Below are positions 8,551 through 18,072 of a DNA stretch of 50,014 nt, in pieces. The first letter of the stretch is position 1; the number at the start of each line of letters is the position of its first letter. Both the position numbers and the translations under genes were made by a program. The notes under the pieces were generated by a model. The model searched no databases and was not told the DNA's origin. It saw only the letters and a list, made by a program, of their open reading frames with translations. Origin of the DNA: Candidatus Pacearchaeota archaeon (GTDB taxonomy: Archaea > Nanobdellota > Nanobdellia > Pacearchaeales > GW2011-AR1); contig VGKS01000001.1 of the NCBI GenBank assembly GCA_016866935.1, forward strand, positions 1 through 50,014. The letters are read 5' to 3'.

Positions 8551-11240
8551 TAGTACAATACATTTTTATCTTGAAGTGGCAAAATAACACAAGACAAATG
8601 CTCTTCGGTTGACTGCCCTATATTTATCTCCCCATTTAAATATTTCTCAATGCTTATATTAAAGTTTAAATTTTGAGGCTGCCCTCTTAGAGTAACTTCG
8701 CTATCTTCAAGAGTCAAGTACATTTTATTAAAAGGTACAAATGTTGCATCATTTATTGTGAGGCCATCTGATTTTATAATAGCATTAACTGAATCCATTC
8801 TAATTTTTAGAGGAGTATTGCAGCTTTCTTCAGGCGTTTGAGGAGCTATATAAAAAGTAGGATTGATTAAATCTATTTTTCTAAAGATTATTCTTTTATT
8901 TCCACTTATCATAGCAGTAATAGAATCTAAATAAGATACATCCAAGTCCGCTCTTTCGGCTTCAAAAACCTTATTTTGTGTATTATTTACAATTAAATTT
9001 TCTATAACTACTTTTCCTGTAAATATATTAAACTTTACATCATCTATGGAAAAGTCAGCGTTAGTTCTTTCCTTTATTATTTTAGAAATATTATTTACGT
9101 CTGTAAATGAATTGACTGCTACATAGAATAGTAAAATAATCAACAATAAAATACAGATTATGGTTATCTTAAAACCGATATTTCTCAGTCTACTCAATAT
9201 TTTATTTATCTTGAATTCAAGTCTAGGCAATCTATTCTTCCTTTGAACAAATAAAAACAAAGACACTCCAATAATTAAAACCAAAGGAGACAAAATTAAA
9301 CCTAAATAAAATTGTTTTGCTACATACTTTAATTCTATCGAATTATCTCCTTCTGGCGCTTCAAATACTATTCTTCCAAATTCATCCGAATAGATTTCTT
9401 TTTTCTCATGATTAACTTTTAGCACATAATTATCTTTATGCAATAGGTTGATAGTTACATTTTTAGGCTCAGAAAATACGGTGTTAAATTTCAGGCCATT
9501 AGAAAGTCTTAAGTATTCTATTTTTATTTCACCTGAAAATACATAACTTTTATATTTGTTTTCAAAGATAATAAAATGTTCATCTGAATAAACCTCATTT
9601 AAGCCAGCCAGTTCTTCATGATAAACAAGGCTATCGCGCGGAACTAATACCCACCTTACCCCATACTCTCCAAGACCTGACAGATTAATAGTTACCTCTG
9701 ATAGGCCATATTTTGACACAGGTATTCTTTCATAAGTTAAAGTATCTTGAAATGGTTCGTAAGCAAAAACAGAGTCTATCCCAAAATAAGTTGGAAAATT
9801 ATGTGTAAGTGGCCCAAAATATTTCATTTCATTAGAAGCATTTGAATATTTCACGTTAGTAGGGTTATAGGTGCTGTTGGTAAACACTCCGATAAGTCTT
9901 CCCTCCTTATTTTGCAAAGATTCGTACTTATCCAGGTTTAGAGGAAGACTTTCCTCAAACCTTGGCCCTGACAGATTAACTGCTATAAATACATGATAAA
10001 CTATAAGAATAAGAAACAATAAAGAAAAGAGAATAAAGATCTTATTTCGATAACTAATATTCAAGTTTTCATATGCTTTGTCAAGAACTATTGCTCCGAA
10101 TAGGGCCATGAATATATTTGTGAAAAGAGTTATTTTCAAAGGATAACTAAAGTTACTTAGGATAGGTAAAAACGCTCCAAAAGTATAGATTATCCCATAG
10201 TAGCCCATGCTTAGCAATATAGCTAGTATTGCAAGGAAAAATAAAGGATGGATTTTCTTTAAAGACCTCTTTCTATATTTGTATAATCCATATAATCCCC
10301 CTAAAAAGAAGAATATTGAAAATAAGCCTCCTGCGTAATATATTGCTATAACATCTGGTCCGGAATAAAACAAAGGATTATTAGACTTAACAAGTGGAAA
10401 AGGAAGAATAGATCCTTTTACTATATCTATAGGAGAACTCGGAGGGCTTATAATATAATTAATTAAATTTAAGTTGCCGCGCGGAGATTCTGAGGCAATA
10501 TGCAATTGTGAAAGAATAAGAGGTAAAGCCACATATACTGTAATCAGCATAGATAATCCGTACCTACTAAGAATAGAAGCATAATTTTTAAATTCATTTT
10601 TATGCATTAATAACACCAGATAGAGAAACTCGAAAATAACTGAATATACAAAATACTGGGCATTTCCGGAATAAAAATAAAGCCCTCTTATCATCCCTGA
10701 ACTAATGAAAATCTTTTTTGAGGAATCTTTTATCAAAGATTCAGCGAAATGAAGAAGAAGCGGAAGAAAAACAAGCGTAGGAATCAAATAAAACCAGCTT
10801 GAGGAATAAATTAAGATATATCCTGAATATACTACAGCAACACTTGCAAGCATTGAAATGAATTTTCTTTTTACTTTGTTATTAAGAAAAATGTAGATAA
10901 CAAGAAAGCCAATTATGAGGTGAATGAAAACAAATATTTCCATAAATAAGAAAACGTTTCCAAAAACATAATTTGAAAAAATATAAGCCAAGATACTTAT
11001 TGGATAGAAGAAAGGGTATGTCCCAACCTCCAACATCGGGGAACCTAACGATTGATGCATATTTAATACCGGAAGATCAAAATTGAACAGTTGGTCAAAA
11101 CCTTCAAGCAAAACAGGAAGAAACTGCTCTATATTGTCTCCTTGAGTAAAGTTATATGGATGCAACGATTCAATATAAAAGAATATTGCTATGACAATTA
11201 ATATCCCTAAAATGGGGTAGAAAATATCTTGTTTTTTCAT
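8547..11240 (-). CDS. YfhO-like GT-C membrane glycosyltransferase with C-terminal AsmA/DUF748-like domain
   Basis: GDNIEQFLP, LGSPMLE, FYP motifs and many TM helices; C-terminal TM followed by beta-rich AsmA-N-like pattern. Confidence 0.6.
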   Translation of the reverse strand: MKKQDIFYPILGILIVIAIFFYIESLHPYNFTQGDNIEQFLPVLLEGFDQLFNFDLPVLNMHQSLGSPMLEVGTYPFFYPISILAYIFSNYVFGNVFLFMEIFVFIHLIIGFLVIYIFLNNKVKRKFISMLASVAVVYSGYILIYSSSWFYLIPTLVFLPLLLHFAESLIKDSSKKIFISSGMIRGLYFYSGNAQYFVYSVIFEFLYLVLLMHKNEFKNYASILSRYGLSMLITVYVALPLILSQLHIASESPRGNLNLINYIISPPSSPIDIVKGSILPFPLVKSNNPLFYSGPDVIAIYYAGGLFSIFFFLGGLYGLYKYRKRSLKKIHPLFFLAILAILLSMGYYGIIYTFGAFLPILSNFSYPLKITLFTNIFMALFGAIVLDKAYENLNISYRNKIFILFSLLFLILIVYHVFIAVNLSGPRFEESLPLNLDKYESLQNKEGRLIGVFTNSTYNPTNVKYSNASNEMKYFGPLTHNFPTYFGIDSVFAYEPFQDTLTYERIPVSKYGLSEVTINLSGLGEYGVRWVLVPRDSLVYHEELAGLNEVYSDEHFIIFENKYKSYVFSGEIKIEYLRLSNGLKFNTVFSEPKNVTINLLHKDNYVLKVNHEKKEIYSDEFGRIVFEAPEGDNSIELKYVAKQFYLGLILSPLVLIIGVSLFLFVQRKNRLPRLEFKINKILSRLRNIGFKITIICILLLIILLFYVAVNSFTDVNNISKIIKERTNADFSIDDVKFNIFTGKVVIENLIVNNTQNKVFEAERADLDVSYLDSITAMISGNKRIIFRKIDLINPTFYIAPQTPEESCNTPLKIRMDSVNAIIKSDGLTINDATFVPFNKMYLTLEDSEVTLRGQPQNLNFNISIEKYLNGEINIGQSTEEHLSCVILPLQDKNVLYY

Positions 11241-11284
11241 TAAAAATTAGATTTATAGCGGTTTAAAATCTCTTCTGTAAGAGG

Positions 11285-11923
11285 TTAGAGCTTTACCACT
11301 CCTGATTTTTCCCACTGTTCTACATATTGAGCGGCTGTCATTACTGCATCCAGTTTAAATCCAAGAGACTTAAGCCCTTCAATATACTTAGGGATGTCAG
11401 CAGGTCTTCCCCATCTTTCAGGACAAACAAGACAAGTCTTGAATTTAGAAAGGACAGAAATATCTTCTTTGGTTATAGGAAGTTTTGTATTTGTATCAAT
11501 CCAGACCCAGTTAAGCATTGGATTACCATTCTCATCCAACTGAGCACCCACATACTCTATTGGCTCTGCTTCGCTAAATCTTATTGAAACTCTTCTCATT
11601 CCTTCTTTTCTTGTTGCTCTATATATATAAGGGAATTCAGCGTCTTGAAAGAACCAATCCTTGACATTATATTTATGCATTAAATCAATAATCCTTTTTT
11701 CATAACCCATTTCCTTGATGTTAAGCACCATCACTCCAGAATGCCTCCAATGCTTAAGATATTCTTCAAAATCGGTGTAAGTCGCCAGTTTAGAATCCTC
11801 AATAGGATCATGAGTCATCAGTAGCTTATCCCCATACCCTCTTAAGTCAAGCTCGACTCCATGGCTAGGATTGACTGTTTTCAAAGCTTCTATCGTGTTT
11901 ATACGATGCCTTATAATTCCCAT
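11285..11923 (-). CDS. PLC-like/GDPD-like phosphodiesterase (TIM barrel)
   Basis: HRINT, GVELDLR, MTHDP, LNIKE, WVWID, CLVCPE motifs. Confidence 0.7.
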   Translation of the reverse strand: MGIIRHRINTIEALKTVNPSHGVELDLRGYGDKLLMTHDPIEDSKLATYTDFEEYLKHWRHSGVMVLNIKEMGYEKRIIDLMHKYNVKDWFFQDAEFPYIYRATRKEGMRRVSIRFSEAEPIEYVGAQLDENGNPMLNWVWIDTNTKLPITKEDISVLSKFKTCLVCPERWGRPADIPKYIEGLKSLGFKLDAVMTAAQYVEQWEKSGVVKL

Positions 11924-12006
11924 AAAATTGTATAAAATAACACTTTATAAATTAATCTAAGATCATTTTACTTAAAATGCCACACACTTTATAATTTGCC
12001 TAATAA

Positions 12007-12729
12007 TTAATTTAGTTTTTTCTTTAACTCGAAAGTAAACTTCATTGTTCTTTTTATGAATTTTATCCTTGCTTTCCATCCTGTATTCCAGGCGCTTTCT
12101 CCAAAAATCCTCTTTCCAAAGTAAACAGGGAATCTTTTTACCTCATATCCGTATTTCTTAGCAGTATAATATACGAATAAGTCAAACGCGAAATCTTTTG
12201 GAGGATTGGATAGATGCTTCATCAAAGATTTTGGGAAAATATTTGGCTGAGCGTTTATATCATACATAAAACTTCCCAGAACTACTGTTTCAAATATAGA
12301 CATACCTAAAGTATTGACTAATTTATCAGCTAAAGGCCTTCCATAACGTTTTCCCTTCAAAAATATTTTTTTATTTTTGGAAGACTTTATTATTTCTAGA
12401 GCCCTAAAAACATCTTCTGGAGGAGTCTGCATATCTGCATGGGTCCAGCCTACAAATTCTCCTTTAGCAGAAGCAAGGCCTTTCCACAGAGCTGCTCCGT
12501 AGCCAGGTTCAGGTTGGAACACTGACTTTGCAAAAGAATACTTTTTTTTCTTAAGAAGACTCTTGAGAACCTCTTTTGTTTCATCTTTTGAATTGTTATC
12601 TACGAGAATTAATTCAATATTTGGATTATTAAACTTAACAAAGGCATTACTAAATTTCTCTAAAACTATAGAAATATTCTTTGCTTCATTATAACAAGGC
12701 AAAACTATTGAGAGATATGGTTTTTTCAT
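12007..12729 (-). CDS. GT2 polyprenyl-phosphate glycosyltransferase (DPM1/GtrB-like)
   Basis: IVLPCYNEA, VDNNSKD, GYGAAL, HADMQTPP, R..GES motifs. Confidence 0.8.
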   Translation of the reverse strand: MKKPYLSIVLPCYNEAKNISIVLEKFSNAFVKFNNPNIELILVDNNSKDETKEVLKSLLKKKKYSFAKSVFQPEPGYGAALWKGLASAKGEFVGWTHADMQTPPEDVFRALEIIKSSKNKKIFLKGKRYGRPLADKLVNTLGMSIFETVVLGSFMYDINAQPNIFPKSLMKHLSNPPKDFAFDLFVYYTAKKYGYEVKRFPVYFGKRIFGESAWNTGWKARIKFIKRTMKFTFELKKKLN

Positions 12730-13550
12730 TATTTTTTACCGAAATAAGAATGCCAGAAAGCATATTCTTTCTTTTCTTTAGCTTCTGGGTTTTTTTCTGG
12801 CAGAGCAATTGCTTTTTCCCAGTAAAGGTATTCTTCATAATCTGCAGGCACTCCCCATCCAATATATTTTTCTACCGGGAATGAAACCACTTTGTAGCCC
12901 ATTTCTATTGCCACTCCAATCATAGAATCTATATAATATTCTCCCTTTACTGTTACTCCCCTACGCATCAATTCTTCTGCAATCTTTAGAAATTCTTTTC
13001 CGCTTTTGAAACTGAATGAACCCGTAATAGCATAATCATCGTAAGGATTATTTGAAATTGGAACCTTGACTGAAACTCCTTTTATATTATGATCTTTGTC
13101 GATCTTAAGCCAACCCCAGGCCTGAGGGTTTCTAGTCAGGTTAGGCTGTTTAGTGAAGCTCCAGGAAATCATGTCAGGACTTTTAGATTTGATTAAATTT
13201 TGATACTTATGAAGATCATAAACCATTCCAAGGTCACAAGCTCCTACAAAAATAGGCTCATCATAGTCATAGAATTTTCTTGCAACAAGACACGAATTTA
13301 ATTGGCCTATGGGATTTGGGTCAACTATTATTTCCACATCTTTAGATACAGACTTAAGAGCGCTAATTACTTCTTTTTCCTCTAAATGTTCCTGCCTCAC
13401 TACAAAAACCCACTTGTCTGCCGGAGGCATTGATTTGACAGCCTGAATAATCATTGGCGCTCCAGAAACAGGGATAAGTGGCTTTGAAAGTTTGTAACCA
13501 GCATCGGTAAAACGTTTTCCACTTCCGGCCATTAATACCACGTTTATCAT
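12729..13550 (-). CDS. Sugar-phosphate nucleotidyltransferase (NTP_transferase family)
   Basis: MAGSGKRF…KPLIPV signature; GEYYID, GWGVPADYE. Confidence 0.82.
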   Translation of the reverse strand: MINVVLMAGSGKRFTDAGYKLSKPLIPVSGAPMIIQAVKSMPPADKWVFVVRQEHLEEKEVISALKSVSKDVEIIVDPNPIGQLNSCLVARKFYDYDEPIFVGACDLGMVYDLHKYQNLIKSKSPDMISWSFTKQPNLTRNPQAWGWLKIDKDHNIKGVSVKVPISNNPYDDYAITGSFSFKSGKEFLKIAEELMRRGVTVKGEYYIDSMIGVAIEMGYKVVSFPVEKYIGWGVPADYEEYLYWEKAIALPEKNPEAKEKKEYAFWHSYFGKK

Positions 13551-14248
13551 TTTTTACCCTGACCGTAATAGGCCCCTTTACCATGCTTACGATTGTAGTG
13601 TCTTTCAAGAAGTGGTTTTGGGATGCTACATGGCATGCCCCCAAGCATATTTTTCATGCTAATTGCCATTTTAGATACTTCTTCAAGAGCAATAGCATTC
13701 TCCACTGCATCATCAACACTTTTTCCCCATACAAAAGGACCGTGATATGCAACCAGGCAAGCTGGAACCTCGAGGTGATTGACTGACCCAAACGCTTCCG
13801 CTATCGCTTTGCCCGTGTTTAATTCGTAATCTAAATTAATTTCAGCGGTGGAAAGGTCTCTTGAAACAGGCACTGTTCCATTAAAATGATCTGCATGGGT
13901 TGTCCCATAGCAATGTAGAGGCATTTTAGCTTGACAGAAAGAAGTAGCGAAAGGAGAATGAGTATGGACTATTCCCTTTATGCCTTTCAAATTCTGGTAG
14001 AGATAAAGATGGGTAGGGGTATCTGAACTTGGCTTATGTTTTCCTTCTATTACAGAACCATCTTCCACATTCACTACAACCATATCATCAGGAGTTAAAG
14101 AATCATAATGGACTCCGCTTGGCTTAATTGCAAAGTATTTTCCATCATCACTTAACCCGCTTACATTTCCAAATGAAAGCTTAACTAAACCTTCCTTAAC
14201 AATTCTTTTGTTAGCTTCTGCAACTCTTGCCTTTAGATCTTCAAACAT
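13547..14248 (-). CDS. araD: L-ribulose-5-phosphate 4-epimerase
   Basis: FGNVS, IKPSGV, KPSSDTPTH, VHTHS, GTTHADHF, HGPFVWG, HY.RKHG..AYYGQ. Confidence 0.93.
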   Translation of the reverse strand: MFEDLKARVAEANKRIVKEGLVKLSFGNVSGLSDDGKYFAIKPSGVHYDSLTPDDMVVVNVEDGSVIEGKHKPSSDTPTHLYLYQNLKGIKGIVHTHSPFATSFCQAKMPLHCYGTTHADHFNGTVPVSRDLSTAEINLDYELNTGKAIAEAFGSVNHLEVPACLVAYHGPFVWGKSVDDAVENAIALEEVSKMAISMKNMLGGMPCSIPKPLLERHYNRKHGKGAYYGQGKK

Positions 14249-14864
14249 TTTCGAAAGTGAACTTTTTAATTATCTGAGGTTTATTTTCCTCCTTATATAA
14301 AACTATAGAATCAAATACAAATTGACCAGCTAGATTTTGACCAAGTATAGTTTTATGAACAAGGTCAAAAACCTTTTGATCTATGGAAGCCAAACTTAAA
14401 TGAGGTATCCAGTTTTCCCCTACAAAAGGAAATCCATATTTGATAATATTATCTTTCTCTATTTGCCCTGATTTCTTAAAGACATCTGACTCGGAAGAGA
14501 AAAACTTCATTTTATCAGAGATATTAAGGGAATCTAAAAATTCAACCTGCAAGTTCTTAAGATTTTTTGTTGCAAATGATGAAAAATTGTAAGTTATAGT
14601 ATTTCCACCTGTCTGGATATCATTATAGAAGACATGCATTCCTTTTATCTCTGAATTTATCTTTTTTGTTTTTGAAACAAAAGAGCTTATTTTTTCTAAA
14701 ATAATCTTTTCACCATAATCATCCAAATTTAGAAGTACAAGCGTGGTATGGGGGGAATGAGACAGAAACTTTTGGTCTCCAACTAGATTAAAAACAGTTT
14801 CTTTATGATCCATTATTTTTTCATAAACTTTTCTTTCAGGTTCAAGTGCTATGAAATATTTCAT
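14241..14864 (-). CDS. 2H phosphoesterase (2'-5' RNA ligase/cyclic phosphodiesterase superfamily)
   Basis: Two HxT/S motifs: PHTTL and WIPHLSL. Confidence 0.72.
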   Translation of the reverse strand: MKYFIALEPERKVYEKIMDHKETVFNLVGDQKFLSHSPHTTLVLLNLDDYGEKIILEKISSFVSKTKKINSEIKGMHVFYNDIQTGGNTITYNFSSFATKNLKNLQVEFLDSLNISDKMKFFSSESDVFKKSGQIEKDNIIKYGFPFVGENWIPHLSLASIDQKVFDLVHKTILGQNLAGQFVFDSIVLYKEENKPQIIKKFTFENV

Positions 14865-17362
14865 TATAATTTAGAGAACATCCTTTCAATTTGATCCCTA
14901 TTTAACTCCAGAAAAAACCTTCCATCTTTAGAAATTACTCCTTTTATCTCATCCAAGTGGTCTATTTTAATTTTATGCCAGTCCTTAACTGGAATATTTG
15001 AATAAGTTCCAACAAGAGACCTAAGGAAAACATTATGAGTACAAACAAGGATTTTTTTGTGGGAGTATCTTCTAAGGTCTTTAACGAATGAAAACATCCT
15101 TTTTTGAACATCTGCATTATTTTCACCTGAAGGAAATGCGGTATCTTCCCCTAGATCCCATGAATCTACTATTCCAGGGTAGTTTTTTTGGAGAAAAGAA
15201 AAGTCCTTACCATCTACTAAACCGTAGTCTACCTCTATAAGGCGTTTATCTTTTTTAGCTTTTTTTGCTTTGGAATGCTCCAAGGTTTCTAGACACCTTT
15301 TTAATGGTGATGAAAATACCAGATCAAAATCGCTAAAATCAAGTTTCTTCTTTAAGTTCTTTATTCCAATGTCAGTTTTTTGACCGAGGAATAATCCTTC
15401 TTTATTCATTTCTGTAGGTGCATGCCTTATGAAAGAGATTTGTTTTCCTGAATAAAAGTAATCTTTAAACTGGCTCTCAAAATCCTTCAAAAATTTCTCT
15501 AAAGAAGATTCTATGCTTTTCTCAAAACCAAAGTTTCTCTTGAGCTTATCAGAATACATTTTTTCGATTAAAGATCTGTGCCAGATTGCGTTTTTCTTAA
15601 ATATTTTGAAATAATTGTCAAGCATTTTATCGAAATCAGGCTTACTGTTTCTTCTATTATATAATTTCAGGAAGTTTAAGATCAAAAACTTGCATATATG
15701 GTAAGAGAATTCTATTTTATGCCGAGAATCCATCTCTTTGAAATTCTTTTCTTCTACCACATTACCTTTTTTATCAAATGCGTATGACCTATAAGAGATA
15801 TTACCACTCTTTAAGTCTTTTAGGTAATCTGAAACGCTTCTTCTTGAATTAAAGAAAAAACTAGGCTGCAATAACTTAACTGAATAGATTCTTTCGATAG
15901 GTTTCTTTGAATATTTCCTGGATCTTTGCCAATCAAAACATGTAAATGGGCTATCCAAACAATGAAGTCTATGCGATTCTATATCGTAAAACATAAGGTG
16001 GAAAACTATACACCTATCATTGAATTTTAATGGTCCAAGAGTGTTATTTATGAGAAATTTTATACCATATTTAGATTCAAGACATTTTGATAAATCTTTA
16101 AAGTCATTTAAAACCTTTAGAAAGTTATCTTTTGAAAGTTTATCAAATATGATTACTGTATCTATATCACTAGCTCCTTCTAAATCATAAGTTTCTGCAA
16201 ATGTTCCTACTAAGTTTCCAGATACCAAAAACTTATTAGACCTAACAATCTTGTTTATTTCATCCACTATATCCTTCCTAATTGTTTCAGATAAGGATGA
16301 ATACCTTGCGCTAGTCTTTAATTCCATAAAAGATTTAATAGGATCATCTGAATTTATCAAGCTAGAGGCTGAAACTATATACCTAGCATTTATCTTTTGG
16401 ATGTTTGTTGGCTTTACCCCTCCATCAAAAATAACTTTTATTCCATTCAGATTAAGAGAGTTTACTTTTTCTAATAGACTCAATGAATCTATGGTGAAAT
16501 TTTGACCTGATTTACCCACTTCTTCGATACCCATTACTTGAATGTAGTCTATTTTTTTGAGATATTTCTTGAGTTTATCTAAATCTGATTTTATTGTAAT
16601 GACAATACCGACTTTTTTATTGAAACTTTTGCATAAATCTATTACTTCATCCAAAACTTCATTAACTTCTAAATGAACCGTTATTACATCAACATACTTA
16701 TGAAGTTTCTTAATCCAGATAGAGGGTGTCTTTGACATAATATGCAACTGCTTTTCAAGAAACCAAACACTGCTTATCTTTTTTATTAGAGGTAAATCTA
16801 TCTCTTCAGCCTCTTCACTCATTGATTTATCTACAAAGTCTATATGGATAAAATCAGAATAATATTTTATTTTTGAATAAACATCTTCTATTGACTCGTC
16901 TTTCTTAAGGTAAACTGCGACACCTACTTTCTTCACGAAATCTGTGAAAGTTATTTTTCTATGCGCAAAATAGCTCAGTAGAAATACTACTCCTGCAGTG
17001 AAAAGCCTGGAAGGGCCATAATTTGAGTTTATTCCTCCAAAAAGAACAGACATTATTAGTAGATTAAGAAGAAAAGCTACGACTGCTATTGATAAGAAAA
17101 TACTAAAAGTTTTTGCATTCCTTCCTTTTGGAACTCTAAAATTAAGCCTGGAATTGAGAAGGAAACTTATGAAAACTCCTGAAATGAAGCCAAGAGGGAT
17201 GCTAATAAGTGAAGGCGATTCTAGAATATTAAGATAATGAACAATTAGGATTTCTAAACCAACCGAGAAAAGGCCTATTATTATGTAATTAATAAGATAT
17301 CTGAACCTATATAGTAAAAACTTAGTTTCCCTTCTAAGACTCTGAGATTTTAAGATTGCCAT
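14864..17362 (-). CDS. Four-domain fusion: GtrA-like flippase + ribulose-phosphate 3-epimerase + Pol-beta-type nucleotidyltransferase + histidine phosphatase
   Basis: GtrA TMs (FLLNSRLNF, AHRKITF); Rpe (IHIDFVD, LHIM, VGKSGQ, FDGGV); NTase (VGTF…SDIDTVI); His-phosphatase (FIRHA, SSPLKRC, LIEVDYG, FPSGE, VCTH). Confidence 0.8.
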   Translation of the reverse strand: MAILKSQSLRRETKFLLYRFRYLINYIIIGLFSVGLEILIVHYLNILESPSLISIPLGFISGVFISFLLNSRLNFRVPKGRNAKTFSIFLSIAVVAFLLNLLIMSVLFGGINSNYGPSRLFTAGVVFLLSYFAHRKITFTDFVKKVGVAVYLKKDESIEDVYSKIKYYSDFIHIDFVDKSMSEEAEEIDLPLIKKISSVWFLEKQLHIMSKTPSIWIKKLHKYVDVITVHLEVNEVLDEVIDLCKSFNKKVGIVITIKSDLDKLKKYLKKIDYIQVMGIEEVGKSGQNFTIDSLSLLEKVNSLNLNGIKVIFDGGVKPTNIQKINARYIVSASSLINSDDPIKSFMELKTSARYSSLSETIRKDIVDEINKIVRSNKFLVSGNLVGTFAETYDLEGASDIDTVIIFDKLSKDNFLKVLNDFKDLSKCLESKYGIKFLINNTLGPLKFNDRCIVFHLMFYDIESHRLHCLDSPFTCFDWQRSRKYSKKPIERIYSVKLLQPSFFFNSRRSVSDYLKDLKSGNISYRSYAFDKKGNVVEEKNFKEMDSRHKIEFSYHICKFLILNFLKLYNRRNSKPDFDKMLDNYFKIFKKNAIWHRSLIEKMYSDKLKRNFGFEKSIESSLEKFLKDFESQFKDYFYSGKQISFIRHAPTEMNKEGLFLGQKTDIGIKNLKKKLDFSDFDLVFSSPLKRCLETLEHSKAKKAKKDKRLIEVDYGLVDGKDFSFLQKNYPGIVDSWDLGEDTAFPSGENNADVQKRMFSFVKDLRRYSHKKILVCTHNVFLRSLVGTYSNIPVKDWHKIKIDHLDEIKGVISKDGRFFLELNRDQIERMFSKL

Positions 17363-18034
17363 TTATATTATCAAAAATATTGCTCCGCCTATGCCATATC
17401 TTCCAAGTTCTTCTACTACGAGCTTATTTCTTTTACAGAACTCTTTAAATGCTTTTCTCACTCCTCTTTCTACCCCTCCTAAATAATTGAAATAATCGTC
17501 TAAAATCAGTATAGTTCCCTTTTGGACCACTTTATCTATAAACTTGAAAGCTTGGCTCGCAGAAGAATGCAAATCGCAATCCATCATAATCATTGCGGCT
17601 TTCTTAATCCCGTATTTTGAAGGGCCTTCTTTAAGAGTGTGATTGAAAAAGCCAGGGACCAGTTTTACTTCAGGAAAATTCCTAAACCTTTTCTTGATTT
17701 GGTGAAAATCTGTTGAAAAGTCAAAGTTTGTATAAAATGGGTGCTCATCTCCTTTTTCAGGGCTCATTCCTTTGAAAGAGTCAAAACCGAAAAACCTCAT
17801 ATTTTTTCCACCCCCTATTTTTCTCCAGTAGGTAGCTGCTCCCTTTATGCTGGTTCCTTCATACACTCCAAATTCCAAGTAATCTCCTTCCACCCCTTCT
17901 ATCTTTTTGTAAAATAGGAACTTCTTTAGAGATTCATGCTTCTCATTATTATGGATTATTTCAGGACCAACCAAATTACTTATTTTGATATAGATGTCTT
18001 GCGCAAAAAGAAATAACTTATGTAAAGATTTCAT
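17363..18034 (-). CDS. TylF/MycF/NovP-like O-methyltransferase
   Basis: GDYLEFGVYEG, GFDSFKG, PGFFNHTL, MDCDLHSS, ILDDY. Confidence 0.85.
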   Translation of the reverse strand: MKSLHKLFLFAQDIYIKISNLVGPEIIHNNEKHESLKKFLFYKKIEGVEGDYLEFGVYEGTSIKGAATYWRKIGGGKNMRFFGFDSFKGMSPEKGDEHPFYTNFDFSTDFHQIKKRFRNFPEVKLVPGFFNHTLKEGPSKYGIKKAAMIMMDCDLHSSASQAFKFIDKVVQKGTILILDDYFNYLGGVERGVRKAFKEFCKRNKLVVEELGRYGIGGAIFLII

Positions 18035-18072
18035 AAAAAAACCCGCTATTTAGGGTATAAATAGATTATTGT

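Noticed and set aside
11940..11994. Direct repeat ACACTTTATAA twice with a small CATTTTA/TAAAATG hairpin between
   Set aside because: Short and AT-rich; one copy is simply the TATA of the PLC-like gene, and there is no further support.
13547..14248. Arabinose catabolic operon
   Set aside because: No araA, araB or sugar transporter nearby; the context is biosynthetic.
14241..16300. RNA repair or toxin-antitoxin role for the 2H protein and nucleotidyltransferase domain
   Set aside because: Both are translationally coupled or fused to sugar and flippase functions and no RNase toxin or ligase partner is visible; not fully excluded.
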